Shown: positions 12,199 through 27,300 of the stretch, one piece after another
Layout: each line of letters starts with the position of its first letter
Position numbering within the stretch: the first letter of the stretch is position 1
Origin: Eledone cirrhosa
Lineage: Eukaryota
Assembly (NCBI GenBank): GCA_964016885.1
Contig: OZ024741.1
Location: forward strand, 11,346,001-11,410,000
Reading direction: 5' to 3'
DNA: 64,000 nucleotides
Position numbers and translations under genes: made by a program
The notes under the pieces: generated by a model
Database searches by the model: none
Told to the model about the DNA's origin: nothing
The model's input: only the letters and a program-made list of their open reading frames with translations

Positions 12199-12384
12199 TA
12201 CAAGAAAAGAAGAATATCAAGGCAAGTATTGCGGATATTACATCACCGTGGGACCAGAGGGTGAATGAGAAGGAAAATTGAGAAACACCAGAGGCTGAAG
12301 AGGGAAATCAGGAAACTGTGGAGAATCAGACATGTAGAAGTGGTACCGATTGTGGTTGGTGTACTGAGAGTAGTTAGTAGGTTA
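12199..12384 (+). mobile_element. R4/Dong-type non-LTR retrotransposon RLE fragment, left part
   Basis: IADITSPWDQRVNEKE /frameshift/ KIEKHQRLKREIRKLWRIRHVEVVPIVVGVLRVVS matches the D..VP.D....KE.EK..KY..L..EI..LW....V.VVPIVVG motif. Confidence 0.8.
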
Positions 12385-15300
12385 GACATGTAGTAGTGGT
12401 ACCGACTGAAGTTGGTACACCAGGAGTAGTTAGAAGGTTAGACATGTAGTAGTGGTACCGACTGTGGTTGGTACACTAGGAGTAGTTAGTAGGTTAGACA
12501 TGTAGTAGTGGTAGCAACTGTGGTTGGTACACTAGGAGTAGTTAGTAGGTTAGACATGTAGTTGTGGTACCAACTGTGGTTGGTGTACAGGGAGTAGTTA
12601 GTAGGTTAGACATGTAGTAGTGGTACCGACTGAAGTTGGTACACCAGGAGTAGTTAGAAGGTTAGACATGTAGTAGTGGTACCGACTGTGGTTGGTACAC
12701 TAGGAGTAGTTAGTAGGTTAGACATGTAATAGTGGTACCAACTATCGTTGGTACACTGGGAGTAGTTAGTAGGATAGACATGTAGTGGTGGTACCGACTG
12801 TGGTTGGTACACTGGGAGTAGTTAGTAGGTTAGACATGTAGTAGTGGTACCAACTGTGGTTGGTACACTAGGAGTAGTTAGTAGGATAGACATGTAGTAG
12901 TGGTACCAACTGTGGTTGGTACACTAGGAGTAGTTAGTAGGATAGACATGTAGTAGTGGTACCAACTGTGGTTGGTACACTAGGAGTAGTTAGTAGGTTA
13001 GACATATAGTAGTGGTACCAACTGTGGTTGATGTACTGGGAGTAGTTAGTAGGTTAGACATGTAGTAGTGGTACCAACTGTGGTTGATGTACTGGGAGTA
13101 GTTAGTAGGTTAGACATATAGTAGTGGTACCAACTGTGGTTGATGTACTGGGAGTAGTTAGTAGGTTAGACATGTAGTAGTGGTACCGACTGTGGTTGGT
13201 ACACTAGGAGTAGTAAGTAGGTTAGACATGTAGTAGTGGTACCGACTGTGGTTGGTACACTAGGAGTAGTTAGTAGGATAGACATGTAGTAGTGGTACCA
13301 ACTGTGGTTGGTACACTAGGAGTAGTTAGTAGGATAGACATGTAGTAGTGGTACCGACTGTGGTTGGTACACTAGGAGTAGTTAGTAGGTTAGACATGTA
13401 GTAGTGGTACCGACTGAGGTTGGTGTAATGGGAGTAGTTAGTAGGTTAGACATGTAGTAGTGGTACCAACTGTGGTTGGTGTACTGGGAGTAGTTAGTAG
13501 GTTAGACATGTAGTAGTGGTACCGACTGTGGTTGGTACACTGGGAGTAGTTAGTAGGTTAGACATGTAGTAGTGGTACCAACTGTGGTTGGTGTACTGGG
13601 AGTAGTTAGTAGGTTAGACATGTAGAAGTGGTACCAACTGTGGTTGGTGTACTGGGAGTAGTTAGTAGGTTAGACATGTAGAAGTGGTACCAACTGTGGT
13701 TGGTGTACTGGGAGTAGTTAGTAGGTTAGACATGTAGTAGTGGTACCAACTGTGGTTGGTGTACTGGGAGTAGTTAGTAGGTTAGACATGTAGTAGTGGT
13801 ACCAACTGTGGTTGGTACGCTAGGAGAAGTTAGTAGGTTAGACATGTAGTAGTGGTACCGACTGTAGTTGGTACACTGGAAGTAGTTAGTAGGTTAGACA
13901 TGTAGTAGTGGTACCGAATGTGGTTGGTACACTGGGAGTAGTTAGTAGGTTAGACATGTAGTAGTGGTACCGACTGTGGTTGGTACACTGGGAGTAGTTA
14001 GTAGGTTAGACATGTAGTAGTGGTACCAACTGTGGTTGGTGTACTGGGAGTTGTTAGTCGGTTAGACATGTAGTAGTGGTACCGACTGTGGTTGGTACAC
14101 TGGGAGTAGTTAGTAGGTTAGACATGTAGTAGTGGTACCGACTGTGGTTGGTACACTAGGAGTAGTTAGTAGGTTAGACATGTAGTAGTGGTACCGACTG
14201 TGGTTGGTACACTAGGAGTAGTTAGTAGGTTAGACATGTAGTAGTGGTACCAACAGTGGTTGGTACACTGGGAGTAGTTAGTAGGTTAGACATGTAGTAG
14301 TGGTACCGACTGTGGTTGGTGTACTGGGAGTAGTTAGTAGGTTAGACATGTAGTAGTGGTACCGACTGTGGTTGGTACACTGGGAGTAGTTAGTAGGTTA
14401 GACATGTAGTAATGGTACCGACTGTGGTTGGTACACTGGGAGTAGTTAGTAGGTTAGACATGTAGTAGTGGTACCGACTGTGGTTGGTACACTAGGAGTA
14501 GTTAGTAGGTTAGACATGTAGTAGTGGTACCGACTGTGGTTGGTACACTAGGAGTAGTTAGTAGGTTAGACATGTAGTAGTGGTACCGACTGTGGTTGGT
14601 GTACTGGGAGTAGTTAGTAGGTTAGACATGTAGTAGTGGTAACAACTGTGGTTGGTGTACTGGGAGTAGTTCGTAGGTTAGACATTTAGTAGTGGTACCG
14701 ACTGTAGTTGGTGTACTGGGAGTAGTTAGTAGGTTAGACATTTAGTAGTGGTACCGACTGTAGTTGGTGTACTGGGAGTAGTTAGTAGGTTAGATATTTA
14801 GTAATGGTACCGACTGTAGTTGGTGTACTGGGAGTAGTTAGTAGGTTAGACATGTAGTAGTGGTACCGACTGTGGTTGGTGTACTGGGAGTAGTTAGTAG
14901 GTTAGACATTTAGTAGTGGTACCGACTGTAGTTGGTGTACTGGGAGTAGTTAGTAGGTTAGACATCTAGTAGTGGTACCGACTGTGGTTGGTGTACTGGG
15001 AGTAGTTAGTAGGTTACACATGTAGTAGTGGTACCGACTGTGGTTGGTACACTGGGATTACTTAGTAGGTTAGACATGTAGAAGTGGTACCGACTGTAGT
15101 TGATACACTGGGAGTAGTTAGTAGGTTAGACATGTAGAAGTGGTACGGACTGTGGTTGGTACACTAGGAGTAGTTAGTAGGTTACACATGTAGTATTGGT
15201 ACCGACTGAGGTTGGTGAACTGGGAGTAGTTAGTAGGTTAGACATGTAGTAGTGGTACCAACTGTGGTTGGTGTACTGGGAGTAGTTAGTAGGATAGACA

Positions 15301-18300
15301 TGTAGTAGTGGTAACGACTGTGGTTGGTACACTGGAAGTAGTTAGTAGGTTAGACATGTAGTAGTGGTAACGACTGTGGTTGGTACACTGGAAGTAGTTA
15401 GTAGGTTAGACATGTAGTAGTGGTAACGACTGTGGTTGGTACACTGGAAGTAGTTAGTAGGTTAGACATGTAGTAGTGGTAACGACTGTGGTTGGTACAC
15501 TAGGAGTAGTTAGTAGGTTAGACATGTAGTAGTAGTACCAACTGTGGTTGGTACACTGGGAGTAGTTAGTAGGTTAGACATGTAGTAGTGGTACCGACTG
15601 TGGTTGGTACACTAGGAGTAGTTAGTAGGTTAGACATGTAGTAGTGGTACCGACTGAGGTTGGTGTACTGGGAGTAGTTAGTAGGTTAGACATTTAGTAG
15701 TGGTACCAACTGTGGTTGTTACACTGGGTGTAGTTAGTAGGTTAGACATGTAGTAGTGGTACCAACTGTGGCTGGTGTACTGGGAGTAGTTAGTAGGTTA
15801 GACATTTAGTAGTGGTACCAACTGTGGTTGGTGTACTGGGAGTAGTTAGTAGGTTAGACATGTAGTAGTGGTACCAACTGTGGTTGGTACACTAGGAGAA
15901 GTTAGTAGGTTAGACATGTAGTAGTGGTACCGACTGTAGTTGGTACACTGGAAGTAGTTAGTAGGTTAGACATGTAGTAGTGGTACCGACTGTGGTTGGT
16001 ACACTGGGAGTAGTTAGTAGGTTAGACATGTAGTAGTGGTACCGACTGTGGTTGGTACACTGGGAGTAGTTAGTAGGTTAGACATGTAGTAGTGGTACCG
16101 ACTGTGGTTGGTGTACTGGGAGTTGTTAGTCGGTTAGACATGTAGTAGTGGTACCAACTGTGGTTGGTACACTAGGAGTAGTTAGTAGGTTAGACATGTA
16201 ATAGTGGTACCAACTATCGTTGGTACACTGGGAGTAGTTAGTAGGATAGACATGTAGTTGTGGTAACGACTGTGGTTGGTACACTGGAAGTAGTTAGTAG
16301 GTTAGACATGTAGTAGTGGTACCAACTGTGGTTGGTACACTAGGAGAAGTTAGTAGGTTAGACATGTAGTAGTGGTACCGACTGTAGTTGGTACACTGGA
16401 AGTAGTTAGTAGGTTAGACATGTAGTAGTGGTACCGACTGTGGTTGGTACACTGGGAGCAGTTAGTAGGTTAGACATGTAGTAGTGGTACCGACTGTGGT
16501 TGGTACACTGGGAGTAGTTAGTAGGTTAGACATGTAGTAGTGGTACCAACTGTGGTTGGTACACTAGGAGAAGTTAGTAGGTTAGACATGTAGTAGTGGT
16601 ACCGACTGTAGTTGGTACACTGGAAGTAGTTAGTAGGTTAGACATGTAGTAGTGGTACCGACTGTGGTTGGTACACTGGGAGCAGTTAGTAGGTTAGACA
16701 TGTAGTAGTGGTACCGACTGTGGTTGGTACACTGGGAGTAGTTAGTAGGTTAGACATGTAGTAGTGGTACCGACTGTGGTTGGTGTACTGGGAGTTGTTA
16801 GTCGGTTAGACATGTAGTAGTGGTACCGACTGTGGTTGGTACACTGGGAGTAGTTAGTAGGTTAGACATGTAGTAGTGGTAACAACTGTGGTTGGTGTAC
16901 TGGGAGTAGTTCGTACGTTAGACATTTAGTAGTGGTACCGACTGTAGTTGGTGTACTGGGAGTAGTTAGTAGGTTAGACATGTAGTAGTGGTACCAACTG
17001 TAGTTGGTGTACTGGGAGTAGTTAGTAGGTTAGATATTTAGTAATGGTACCGACTGTAGTTGGTGTACTGGGAGTAGTTAGTAGGTTAGACATGTAGTAG
17101 TGGTACCGACTGTGGTTGGTGTACTGGGAGTAGTTAGTAGGTTAGACATTTAGTAGTGGTACCGACTGTAGTTGGTGTACTGGGAGTAGTTAGTAGGTTA
17201 GATATTTAGTAATGGTACCGACTGTAGTTGGTGTACTGGGAGTAGTTAGTAGGTTAGACATGTAGTAGTGGTACCGACTGTGGTTGGTGTACTGGGAGTA
17301 GTTAGTTGGTTAGACATTTAGTAGTGGTACCGACTGTAGTTGGTGTACTGGGAGTAGTTAGTAGGTTAGACATCTAGTAGTGGTACCGACTGTGGTTGGT
17401 GTACTGAGAGTAGTTAGTAGGTTAGACATGTAGTAGTGGTACCGACTGAAGTTGGTGTACTGGGAGTAGTTAGTAGGTTACATATGTAGTAGTGGTACCG
17501 ACTGTGGTTGGTACACTGGGAGTAGTTAGTAGGTTAGACATGTAGTAGTGGTAGCAACTGTGGTTGATACACTAGGAGTAGTTAGTAGGTTAGACATGTA
17601 GTTGTGGTACCAACTGTGGTTGGTGTACAGGGAGTAGTTAGTAGGTTAGACATGTAATAGTGGTACCAACTATCGTTGGTACACTAGGAGTAGTTAGTAG
17701 GTTAGACATGTAGTAGTGGTACCAACTGTGGTTGGTACACTGGGAGTAGTTAGTAGGTTAGACATGTAGTAGTGGTACTGACTGTGGTTGGTACACTGGG
17801 AGTAGTTAGTAGGATAGACATGTAGTTGTGGTACCAACTGTGGTTGGTACACTAGGAGTAGTTAGTAGGTTAGATATGTAGTAGTGGTACCGACTGTGGT
17901 TGGTACACTGGGAGTAGTTAGTAGGTTACATATGTAGTAGTGGTACCGACTGTGGTTGGTACACTAGGAGTAGTTTGTAGGATAGACATGTAGTTGTGGT
18001 ACCGACTGTAGTTGGTACACTGGGAGTAGTTAGTAGGTTAGACATGTAGTAGTGGTACCGACTGTGGTTGGTACACTAGGAGTAGTTTGTAGGTTAGACA
18101 TGTGGTAGTGGTACCGAATGTGGTTGGTACACTGGGAGTAGTTAGTAGGTTAGACATGTAGTAGTGGTACCGACTGTGGTTGGTACAATAGGAGTAGTTA
18201 GTAGGTTAGACATGTAGTAGTGGTACCGACTGAGGTTGGTGTACTGGGAGTAGTTAGTAGGTTAGACATGTAGTAGTGGTACCAACTGTGGTTGGTGTAC

Positions 18301-21300
18301 TGGGAGTAGTTAGTAGGTTAGACATTTAGTAGTGGTACCAACTGTGGTTGGTGTACTGGGAGTAGTTAGTAGGTTAGACATGTAGTAGTGGTACCAACTG
18401 TGGTTGGTACACTAGGAGAAGTTAGTAGGTTAGACATGTAGTAGTGGTACCGACTGTAGTTGGTACACTGGAAGTAGTTAGTAGGTTAGACATGTAGTAG
18501 TGGTACCGACTGTGGTTGGTACACTGGGAGTAGTTAGTAGGTTAGACATGTAGTAGTGGTACCGACTGTGGTTGGTACACTGGGAGTAGTTAGTAGGTTA
18601 GACATGTAGTAGTGGTACCGACTGTGGTTGGTGTACTGGGAGTTGTTAGTCGGTTAGACATGTAGTAGTGGTACCGACTGTGGTTGGTACACTGGGAGTA
18701 GTTAGTAGGTTAGACATGTAGTAGTGGTAACAACTGTGGTTGGTGTACTGGGAGTAGTTCGTAGGTTAGACATTTAGTAGTGGTACCGACTGTAGTTGGT
18801 GTACTGGGAGTAGTTAGTAGGTTAGACATTTAGTAGTGGTACCGACTGTAGTTGGTGTACTGGGAGTAGTTAGTAGGTTAGATATTTAGTAATGGTACCG
18901 ACTGTAGTTGGTGTACTGGGAGTAGTTAGTAGGTTAGACATGTAGTAGTGGTACCGACTGTGGTTGGTGTACTGGGAGTAGTTAGTAGGTTAGACATTTA
19001 GTAGTGGTACCGACTGTAGTTGGTGTACTGGGAGTAGTTAGTAGGTTAGACATCTAGTAGTGGTACCGACTGTGGTTGGTGTACTGGGAGTAGTTAGTAG
19101 GTTACACATGTAGTAGTGGAACCGACTGTGGTTGGTACACTGGGAGTACTTAGTAGGTTAGACATGTAGAAGTGGTACCGACTGTAGTTGATACACTGGG
19201 AGTAGTTAGTAGGTTAGACATGTAGAAGTGGTACGGACTGTGGTTGCTACACTAGGAGTAGTTAGTAGGTTACACATGTAGTATTGGTACCGACTGTGGT
19301 TGGTGTACTGGGAGTGGTTAGTAGGTTAGACATGTAGTAGTGGTACCGACTTTGGTTGGTGTATTGGGAGTACTTAGTAGGTTAGACATGTAGTAGTGGT
19401 ACCGACTGTAGTTGGTACACTAGGAGTAGTTAGTAGGTTAGACATGTAGTAGTGGTACCGACTGTGGTTGGTGTACTGGGAGTATTTAGTAGGTTAGATA
19501 TGTAGTAGTGGTACCGACTGTGGTTGGTACACTAGGAGTAGTTAGTAGGTTACACATGTAGTATTGGTACCGACTGTGGTTGGTGTATTGGGAGTACTTA
19601 GTAGGTTAGACATGTAGTAGTGGTACCGACTGTAGTTGGTACACTAGGAGTAGTTAGTAGGTTAGACATGTAGTAGTGGTACCGACTGTGGTTGGTGTAC
19701 TGGGAGTATTTAGTAGGTTAGATATGTAGTAGTGGTACCGACTGTGGTTGGTACACTGGGAGTAGTTAGTAGGTTAGACATGTAGTAGTGGTACCAACTG
19801 TGGTTGGTACACTGGGAGTAGTTAGTAGGTTAGACATGTAGTAGTGGTACCGACTGTGGTTGGTACACTGGGAGTAGTTAGTAGGTTAGACATGTAGTAG
19901 TGGTACAAACTGTGGTTGGTACACTAGGAGTAGTTAGTAGGTTAGACATGTAGTAGTGGTACCGACTGAGGTTGGTGAACTGGGAGTAGTTAGTAGGTTA
20001 GACATGTAGTAGTGGTACCAACTGTGGTTGGTGTACTGGGAGTAGTTAGTAGGATAGACATGTAGTTGTGGTAACGACTGTGGTTGGTACACTGGAAGTA
20101 GTTAGTAGGTTAGACATGTAGTAGTGGTAACGACTGTGGTTGGTACACTAGGAGTAGTTAGTAGGTTAGACATGTAGTAGTAGTACCAACTGTGGTTGGT
20201 ACACTGGAAGTAGTTAGTAGGTTAGACATGTAGTAGTGGTAACGACTGTGGTTGGTACACTGGGAGTAGTTAGTAGGTTAGACATGTAGTAGTGGTACCA
20301 ACTGTGGTTGGTACACTGGAAGTAGTTAGTAGGTTAGACATGTAGTAGTGGTACCAACTGTGGTTGGTACACTGGAAGTAGTTAGTAGGTTAGACGTGTA
20401 ATAGTGGTACCGACTATGGTTGGTACACTGGAAGTAGTTAGTAGGTTAGACATGTAGAAGTGGTAACGACTGTGGTTGGTACACTGGGAGTAGTTAGTAG
20501 GTTAGACATGTAATAGTGGTACCGACTATGGTTGGTACACTAGGAGTAGTTAGTAGGTTAGACATGTAGAAGTGGTACCGACTGTGGTTGGTACACTGGA
20601 AGTAGTTAGTAGGTTAGACATGTAGAAGTGGTAACGACTGTGGTTGGTACACTGGGAGTAGTTAGTAGGTTAGACATGTAGTAGTGGTACCAACTGTGGT
20701 TGGTACACTAGGAGTAGTTAGTAGGTTAGACATGTAGTAGTGGTACCAACTGTGGTTGGTACACTGGGAGTAGTTAGTAGGTTAGACATGTAGTAGTGGT
20801 ACCGACTGTGGTTGGTACACTGGGAGTACTTAGTAGGTTAGACATGTAGAAGTGGTACCGACTGAAGTTGATACACTGGGAGTAGTTAGTAGGTTAGACA
20901 TGTAGAAGTGGTACGGACTGTGGTTGGTACACTAGGAGTAGTTAGTAGGTTACACATGTAGTATTGGTACCGACTGTGGTTGGTGTACTGGGAGTGGTTA
21001 GTAGGTTAGACATGTAGTAGTGGTACCGACTTTGGTTGGTGTATTAGGAGTACTTAGTAGGTTAGATATGTAGTAGTGGTACCGACTGTGGTTGGTACAC
21101 TGGGAGTAGTTAGTAGGTTAGACATGTAGTAGTGGTACCAACTGTGGTTGGTACACTGGGAGTAGTTAGTAGGTTAAACATGTAGTAGTGGTACCAACTG
21201 TGGTTGGTACACTGGGAGTAGTTAGTAGGTTAGACATGTAGTAGTGGTAACAACTGTGGTTGGTACACTGGGAGTAGTTAATAGGTTAGACATGTAGTAG

Positions 21301-24300
21301 TGGTACCAACTGTGGTTGGTACACTAGGAGTAGTTAGTAGGTTAGACATGTAGTAGTGGTACCAACTGTGGTTGGTGTACTGGGAGTAGTTAGTAGGATA
21401 GACATGTAGTTGTGGTACCGACTGTGGTTGGTACACTGGAAGTAGTTAGTAGGTTAGACATGTAGAAGTGGTAACGACTGTGGTTGGTACACTGGGAGTA
21501 GTTAGTAGGTTAGACATGTAGAAGTGGTAACGACTGTGGTTGGTACACTGGGAGTAGTTAGTAGGTTAGACATGTAGTAGTGGTACCAACTGTGGTTGGT
21601 ACACTAGGAGTAGTTAGTAGGTTAGACATGTAGTAGTGGTACCAACTGTGGTTGGTACACTGGGAGTAGTTAGTAGGTTAGACATGTAGTAGTGGTACCG
21701 ACTGTGGTTGGTACACTGGAAGTAGTTAGTAGGTTAGACATGTAGAAGTGGTAACGACTGTGGTTGGTACACTGGGAGTAGTTAGTAGGTTAGACATGTA
21801 GTAGTGGTACCAACTGTGGTTGGTACACTGGAAGTAGTTAGTAGGTTAGACATGCAGTAGTGGTACCAACTGTGGTTGGTACACTAGGAGTAGTTAGTAG
21901 GTTAGACATGTAGTAGTGGTACCAACTGTGATTGGTACACTGGAAGTAGTTAGTAGGTTAGACATGTAGTAGTGGTACCAACTGTGGTTGGTACACTGGG
22001 AGTAGTTAGTAGGTTAGACATGTAGTAGTGGTACCAACTGTGGTTGGTACACTAGGAGTAGTTAGTAGGTTAGACATGTAGTAGTGGTACCAACTGTGGT
22101 TGGTACACTGGGAGTAGTTAGTAGGTTAGACATGTAGAAGTGGTACCGACTGAAGTTGATACACTGGGAGTAGTTAGTAGGTTAGACATGTAGAAGTGGT
22201 ACGGACTGTGGTTGGTACACTAGGAGTAGTTAGTAGGTTACACATGTAGTATTGGTACCGACTGTGGTTGGTGTACTGGGAGTGGTTAGTAGGTTAGACA
22301 TGTAGTAGTGGTACCGACTTTGGTTGGTGTATTAGGAGTACTTAGTAGGTTAGACATGTAGTAGTGGTACCAACTGTGGTTGGTACACTAGGAGTAGTTA
22401 GTAGGTTAGACATGTAGTAGTGGTACCAACTGTGGTTGGTGTACTGGGAGTAGTTAGTAGGTTAGACATGTAATAGTGGTACCGACTATGGTTGGTGTAC
22501 TGGGAGTAGTTAGTAGGTTAGATATATAGTAGTGGTACCGACTGTGGTTGGTACACTGGGAGTAGTTAGTAGGTTAGACATGTAGTAGTGGTACCAACTG
22601 TGGTTGGTACACTAGGAGTAGTTAGTAGGTTAGACATGTAGTAGTGGTACCGACTTTGGTTGGTGTATTAGGAGTACTTAGTAGGTTAGACATGTAGTAG
22701 TGGTACCAACTGTGGTTGGTACACTAGGAGTAGTTAGTAGGTTAGACATGTAGTAGTGGTACCGACTGTGGTTGGTACACTGGGAGTAGTTAGTAGGTTA
22801 GACATGTAATAGTGGTACCGACTATGGTTGGTGTACTGGGAGTAGTTAGTAGGTTAGATATATAGTAGTGGTACCGACTGTGGTTGGTACACTGGAAGTA
22901 GTTAGTAGGTTAGACGTGTAATAGTGGTACCGACTATGGTTGGTACACTGGAAGTAGTTAGTAGGTTAGACATGTAGAAGTGGTAACGACTGTGGTTGGT
23001 ACACTGGGAGTAGTTAGTAGGTTAGACATGTAATAGTGGTACCGACTATGGTTGGTACACTAGGAGTAGTTAGTAGGTTAGACATGTAGAAGTGGTACCG
23101 ACTGTGGTTGGTACACTGGGAGTAGTTAGTAGGTTAGACATGTAGTAGTGGTACCAACTGTGGTTGGTACACTGGAAGTAGTTAGTAGGTTAGACATGTA
23201 GTAGTGGTACCAACTGTGGTTGGTACACTGGAAGTAGTTAGTAGGTTAGACGTGTAATAGTGGTACCGACTATGGTTGGTACACTGGAAGTAGTTAGTAG
23301 GTTAGACATGTAGAAGTGGTAACGACTGTGGTTGGTACACTGGGAGTAGTTAGTAGGTTAGACATGTAATAGTGGTACCGACTATGGTTGGTACACTAGG
23401 AGTAGTTAGTAGGTTAGACATGTAGAAGTGGTACCGACTGTGGTTGGTACACTGGAAGTAGTTAGTAGGTTAGACATGTAGAAGTGGTAACGACTGTGGT
23501 TGGTACACTGGGAGTAGTTAGTAGGTTAGACATGTAGTAGTGGTACCAACTGTGGTTGGTACACTAGGAGTAGTTAGTAGGTTAGACATGTAGTAGTGGT
23601 ACCAACTGTGGTTGGTACACTGGGAGTAGTTAGTAGGTTAGACATGTAGTAGTGGTACCGACTGTGGTTGGTACACTGGGAGTACTTAGTAGGTTAGACA
23701 TGTAGAAGTGGTACCGACTGAAGTTGATACACTGGGAGTAGTTAGTAGGTTAGACATGTAGAAGTGGTACGGACTGTGGTTGGTACACTAGGAGTAGTTA
23801 GTAGGTTACACATGTAGTATTGGTACCGACTGTGGTTGGTGTACTGGGAGTGGTTAGTAGGTTAGACATGTAGTAGTGGTACCGACTTTGGTTGGTGTAT
23901 TAGGAGTACTTAGTAGGTTAGATATGTAGTAGTGGTACCGACTGTGGTTGGTACACTGGGAGTAGTTAGTAGGTTAGACATGTAGTAGTGGTACCAACTG
24001 TGGTTGGTACACTGGGAGTAGTTAGTAGGTTAAACATGTAGTAGTGGTACCAACTGTGGTTGGTACACTGGGAGTAGTTAGTAGGTTAGACATGTAGTAG
24101 TGGTAACAACTGTGGTTGGTACACTGGGAGTAGTTAATAGGTTAGACATGTAGTAGTGGTACCAACTGTGGTTGGTACACTAGGAGTAGTTAGTAGGTTA
24201 GACATGTAGTAGTGGTACCAACTGTGGTTGGTGTACTGGGAGTAGTTAGTAGGATAGACATGTAGTTGTGGTACCGACTGTGGTTGGTACACTGGAAGTA

Positions 24301-27300
24301 GTTAGTAGGTTAGACATGTAGAAGTGGTAACGACTGTGGTTGGTACACTGGGAGTAGTTAGTAGGTTAGACATGTAGAAGTGGTAACGACTGTGGTTGGT
24401 ACACTGGGAGTAGTTAGTAGGTTAGACATGTAGTAGTGGTACCAACTGTGGTTGGTACACTAGGAGTAGTTAGTAGGTTAGACATGTAGTAGTGGTACCA
24501 ACTGTGGTTGGTACACTGGGAGTAGTTAGTAGGTTAGACATGTAGTAGTGGTACCGACTGTGGTTGGTACACTGGAAGTAGTTAGTAGGTTAGACATGTA
24601 GAAGTGGTAACGACTGTGGTTGGTACACTGGGAGTAGTTAGTAGGTTAGACATGTAGTAGTGGTACCAACTGTGGTTGGTACACTGGAAGTAGTTAGTAG
24701 GTTAGACATGCAGTAGTGGTACCAACTGTGGTTGGTACACTAGGAGTAGTTAGTAGGTTAGACATGTAGTAGTGGTACCAACTGTGATTGGTACACTGGA
24801 AGTAGTTAGTAGGTTAGACATGTAGTAGTGGTACCAACTGTGGTTGGTACACTGGGAGTAGTTAGTAGGTTAGACATGTAGTAGTGGTACCAACTGTGGT
24901 TGGTACACTAGGAGTAGTTAGTAGGTTAGACATGTAGTAGTGGTACCAACTGTGGTTGGTACACTGGGAGTAGTTAGTAGGTTAGACATGTAGAAGTGGT
25001 ACCGACTGAAGTTGATACACTGGGAGTAGTTAGTAGGTTAGACATGTAGAAGTGGTACGGACTGTGGTTGGTACACTAGGAGTAGTTAGTAGGTTACACA
25101 TGTAGTATTGGTACCGACTGTGGTTGGTGTACTGGGAGTGGTTAGTAGGTTAGACATGTAGTAGTGGTACCGACTTTGGTTGGTGTATTAGGAGTACTTA
25201 GTAGGTTAGACATGTAGTAGTGGTACCAACTGTGGTTGGTACACTAGGAGTAGTTAGTAGGTTAGACATGTAGTAGTGGTACCAACTGTGGTTGGTGTAC
25301 TGGGAGTAGTTAGTAGGTTAGACATGTAATAGTGGTACCGACTATGGTTGGTGTACTGGGAGTAGTTAGTAGGTTAGATATATAGTAGTGGTACCGACTG
25401 TGGTTGGTACACTGGGAGTAGTTAGTAGGTTAGACATGTAGTAGTGGTACCAACTGTGGTTGGTACACTAGGAGTAGTTAGTAGGTTAGACATGTAGTAG
25501 TGGTACCGACTTTGGTTGGTGTATTAGGAGTACTTAGTAGGTTAGACATGTAGTAGTGGTACCAACTGTGGTTGGTACACTAGGAGTAGTTAGTAGGTTA
25601 GACATGTAGTAGTGGTACCGACTGTGGTTGGTACACTGGGAGTAGTTAGTAGGTTAGACATGTAATAGTGGTACCGACTATGGTTGGTGTACTGGGAGTA
25701 GTTAGTAGGTTAGATATATAGTAGTGGTACCGACTGTGGTTGGTACACTGGGAGTAGTTAGTAGGTTAGACATGTAGTAGTGGTACCGACTGTGGTTGGT
25801 ACACTGGGAGTAGTTTGTAGGTTAGACATGTAGTAGTGGTACCAACTGTGGTTGGTACACTAGGAGTAGTTAGTAGGTTAGACATGTAGTAGTGGTACCA
25901 ACTGTGGTTGGTGTACTGGGAGTAGTTAGTAGGTTAGACATGTAGTAGTGGTACCGACTGTGGTTGGTACACTGGGAGTAGTTAGTAGGTTAGACATGTA
26001 GTAGTGGTACCGACTGTGGTTGGTGTACTGGGAGTAGTTAGTAGGTTAGACATGTAGTAGTGGTACCAACTGTGGTTGGTGTACTGGGAGTAGTTAGTAG
26101 GTTAGACCTGTAGTAGTGGTACAGACTGTGGTTGGTGTACTGGGAGTAGTTAGTAGGTTAGACATGTAGTAGTGGTACCGACTGTGCTTGGTGTACTGGG
26201 AGTAGTTAATAGGTTAGACATTTAGAAGTGGTACCGACTGTGGTTGGTACAATGGGAGTAGTTAGTAGGTTAGACATGTAGTAGTGGTACCAACTGTGGT
26301 TGGTACACTAGGAGTAGTTAGTAGGTTAGACATGTAGTAGTGGTACCAACTGTGGTTGGTACACTGGGAGTAGTTAGTAGGTTAGACATGTAGTAGTGGT
26401 ACCGACTGTGGTTGGTACACTGGGAGTAGTTAATAGGTTAGACATGTAGTAGTGGTACCGACTGTGGTTGGTACACTGGGAGTAGTTAATAGGTTAGACA
26501 TGTAGTAGTGGTACCGACTGTGGTTGGTACACTGGGAGTAGTTAGTAGGTTAGACATGTAATAGTGGTACCGACTAGGGTTGGTACACTAGGAGTAGTTA
26601 GTAGGTTAGACATGTAGTAGTGGTACCGACTGTGGTTGGTACACTGGAAGTAGTTAGTAGGTTAGACATGTAGTAGTGGTAAGGACTGTGGTTGGTACAC
26701 TGGAGGTAGTTAGTAGGTTAGATATGTAGTAGTGGTACCAACTGTGGTTGGTGTACTGGGAGTTGTTAGTCGGTTAGACATGTAGTAGTGGTACCAACTG
26801 TGGTTGGTGTACTGGGAGTTGTTAGTAGGTTAGACATGTAGTAGTGGTACCGACTGTGGTTGGTGTACTGGGAGTTGTTAGTAGGTTAGACATGTAGTAG
26901 TGGTACCGACTGTGGTTGGTACACTAGGAGTAGTTAGTAGGTTAGACATGTAGTAGTGGTACCGACTGTGGTTGGTATACTGGGAGTAGTTTTTAGGTTA
27001 GACATGTAGTAGTGGTACCGACTGTGGTTAGTGTACTGGAAGTAGTTAGTAGGTTAGACATTTAGTAGTGGTACTGACTGTGGTTTGTGTACTGGGAGTA
27101 GTTAGTAGGTTAGACATTTAGTAGTGGTACCGACTGTGGTTGGTGTACTGGGAGTAGTTAGTAGGTTAGACATGTAGTAGTGGTACCGACTGTGGTTGGT
27201 ACACTAGGAGTAGTTAGTAGGTTAGACATGTAGTAGTGGCACCGACTATGGTTGGTACACTAGGAGAAGTTAGTAGGTTAGACATGTAGTAGTCGTACCG

